From IMG/VR virus record IMGVR_UViG_3300017766_002912, positions 1 through 34,553 of that record: 34,553 nucleotides of DNA; one strand, written 5' to 3'. This document shows, piece after piece, positions 33,390-34,553 of this stretch; position 1 is the first letter of the stretch; each line of letters begins with the position of its first letter. The notes beneath the pieces were generated by a model. The model was not told the origin of the DNA, made no database searches, and saw nothing but the letters and a program-made list of their open reading frames with translations. The position numbers were made by a program, and so were the translations under genes. Source of the stretch: a virus. Lineage: Duplodnaviria; Caudoviricetes.

Positions 33390-34553
33390 ATGGCACAGTG
33401 GAATAAGAATACACAGGACTTTCTAAACCAAGAAAGGACCCTTTTTGAAGTACCTATGATTGCCACAAAAGATGGCAGTCCAGTTTCTTTTGAGAACCCA
33501 TTTCCAGTATCTCTTGGAAGTTCAAATATTACAATTAATGGTGATGTGAGTATTGGAGCAACTGTGAATGTTGCAAGTTCTCCAGAAAATCCAGTTCATA
33601 ATCACATCACAGAAGTTGGAACAAGTGATATTCTCACAACTCCATATCTTCCTGTTGGTGTTGGAACAGTAAATATAAATCTTTCATATCTTCCAGTTGG
33701 CATTTCCTCATTACTGAATACTGTATCAATTTCCAATACAAGTTTTTATATTCTAAATCCTGTTACTTCTGTGACGGTAGGTGGAACTGTATCAATTGCT
33801 AATACAGTATCAATCTCAAATACAAGTTTTTATGTAACCAATCCAGTAACAACAGTAACCGTAGGAGGAACTGTATCAATTGCTAATACAGTATCAATCT
33901 CAAATACATCATTCTATATTACAAATCCAGTTACTTCTGTAACTGTTGGTGGAACGGTTTCTATTGCAAATACTGTAGCAATATCTAATACAAGTTTTTA
34001 TGTAACCAATCCCGTTACTTCTGTGACTGTTGGTGGAACTGTATCAATTGCTAATACAGTATCAATCTCTAACACTTCATTCTACATAACCAATCCAGTA
34101 ACAACAGTCGCAGTATCAGGTATTGGTTCTACTGTTACAATTCAAGGAACAGTAGGAATTGGAACAACGGGGCAAGTATCACTCAACCTTAATAGTGCTC
34201 CTGTAAGTTCCAGTAATCCACTACCAGTCACAGGAACAGTATCAATTTCTACAACATCATCAGCATCTGTTACATTTCCACCAATAGCAACCGATGCATT
34301 TGGTCGTTTAAGAACTTCAACACCACTTACACTTTTTGATAGTTCTCACAGATACAGGGACAATAATCTTTGGAGTGGTTTGGTTGTAGGAACTGGTTCA
34401 ACAGTTGGATTTGTAACAGCACAAGGTTTAGTCAATATTGGAATAGGAACTACTGCTGGATGTTCTGTGATTAGGGAAACCACAAAAGTATTCTCTTATC
34501 AACCAGGAAAATCATTACAGGTATTGAATACATTTGTAATGAACCCAGCAAAA
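33390..34553 (+). CDS. Partial fibre-like structural protein (runs off the window end); not in ORF track
   Basis: Open frame from ATG 33390 (MAQWNKNTQDFLNQERTLFEV...) to the end. Ser/Thr/Val-rich repeats, then DAFGRLRTS.P.TLFDS and FSYQPGKS motifs. Confidence 0.8.
   Translation, partial: MAQWNKNTQDFLNQERTLFEVPMIATKDGSPVSFENPFPVSLGSSNITINGDVSIGATVNVASSPENPVHNHITEVGTSDILTTPYLPVGVGTVNINLSYLPVGISSLLNTVSISNTSFYILNPVTSVTVGGTVSIANTVSISNTSFYVTNPVTTVTVGGTVSIANTVSISNTSFYITNPVTSVTVGGTVSIANTVAISNTSFYVTNPVTSVTVGGTVSIANTVSISNTSFYITNPVTTVAVSGIGSTVTIQGTVGIGTTGQVSLNLNSAPVSSSNPLPVTGTVSISTTSSASVTFPPIATDAFGRLRTSTPLTLFDSSHRYRDNNLWSGLVVGTGSTVGFVTAQGLVNIGIGTTAGCSVIRETTKVFSYQPGKSLQVLNTFVMNPAK
33717..34110 (+). repeat. 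In-frame 84-bp (28-aa) tandem repeat, about 4.7 copies
   Basis: Units start at 33717, 33801, 33885, 33969 and 34053. Consensus NTVSISNTSFYVTNPVTSVTVGGTVSIA. Confidence 0.95.

Noticed and set aside
33717-34110. 84-bp repeats as CRISPR or as a diversity-generating retroelement TR/VR pair
   Set aside because: They are contiguous and in frame with no spacers, the differences are synonymous rather than adenine-specific, and there is no reverse transcriptase here.
1-34553. tRNA or rRNA genes
   Set aside because: No intergenic gap shows a cloverleaf or rRNA-like sequence by eye.

Overview
Segment of a T4-like cyanomyovirus genome (Kyanoviridae-type, probably freshwater), with all credible genes on the + strand. 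Bases 1-~1110 are a GC-rich block (roughly 60% by eye) of four short hypothetical genes. Three of them sit behind their own hairpin-associated sigma70 promoter, two promoters share a 22-bp exact repeat, and an intrinsic terminator closes the block. This block has no RGCY, CCGG or CGCG sites. After an abrupt switch to AT-rich DNA comes an accessory cluster: AbrB-like regulator, GT-A glycosyltransferase flanked by two paralogous microproteins, a basic 48-aa peptide, an ATP-grasp-like protein, SpeD, and a structured leader in front of a hypothetical gene. The late structural module follows: gp25, gp6, a 4006-aa gp7-like protein, gp8, a 2543-aa VrlC-like protein, an NblA-like microprotein, gp13, gp14, gp15 and gp16. 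The window ends with putative capsid-internal proteins and a truncated fibre-like gene with 84-bp tandem repeats. All calls come from reading the sequence and recalling family motifs; no searches were run.
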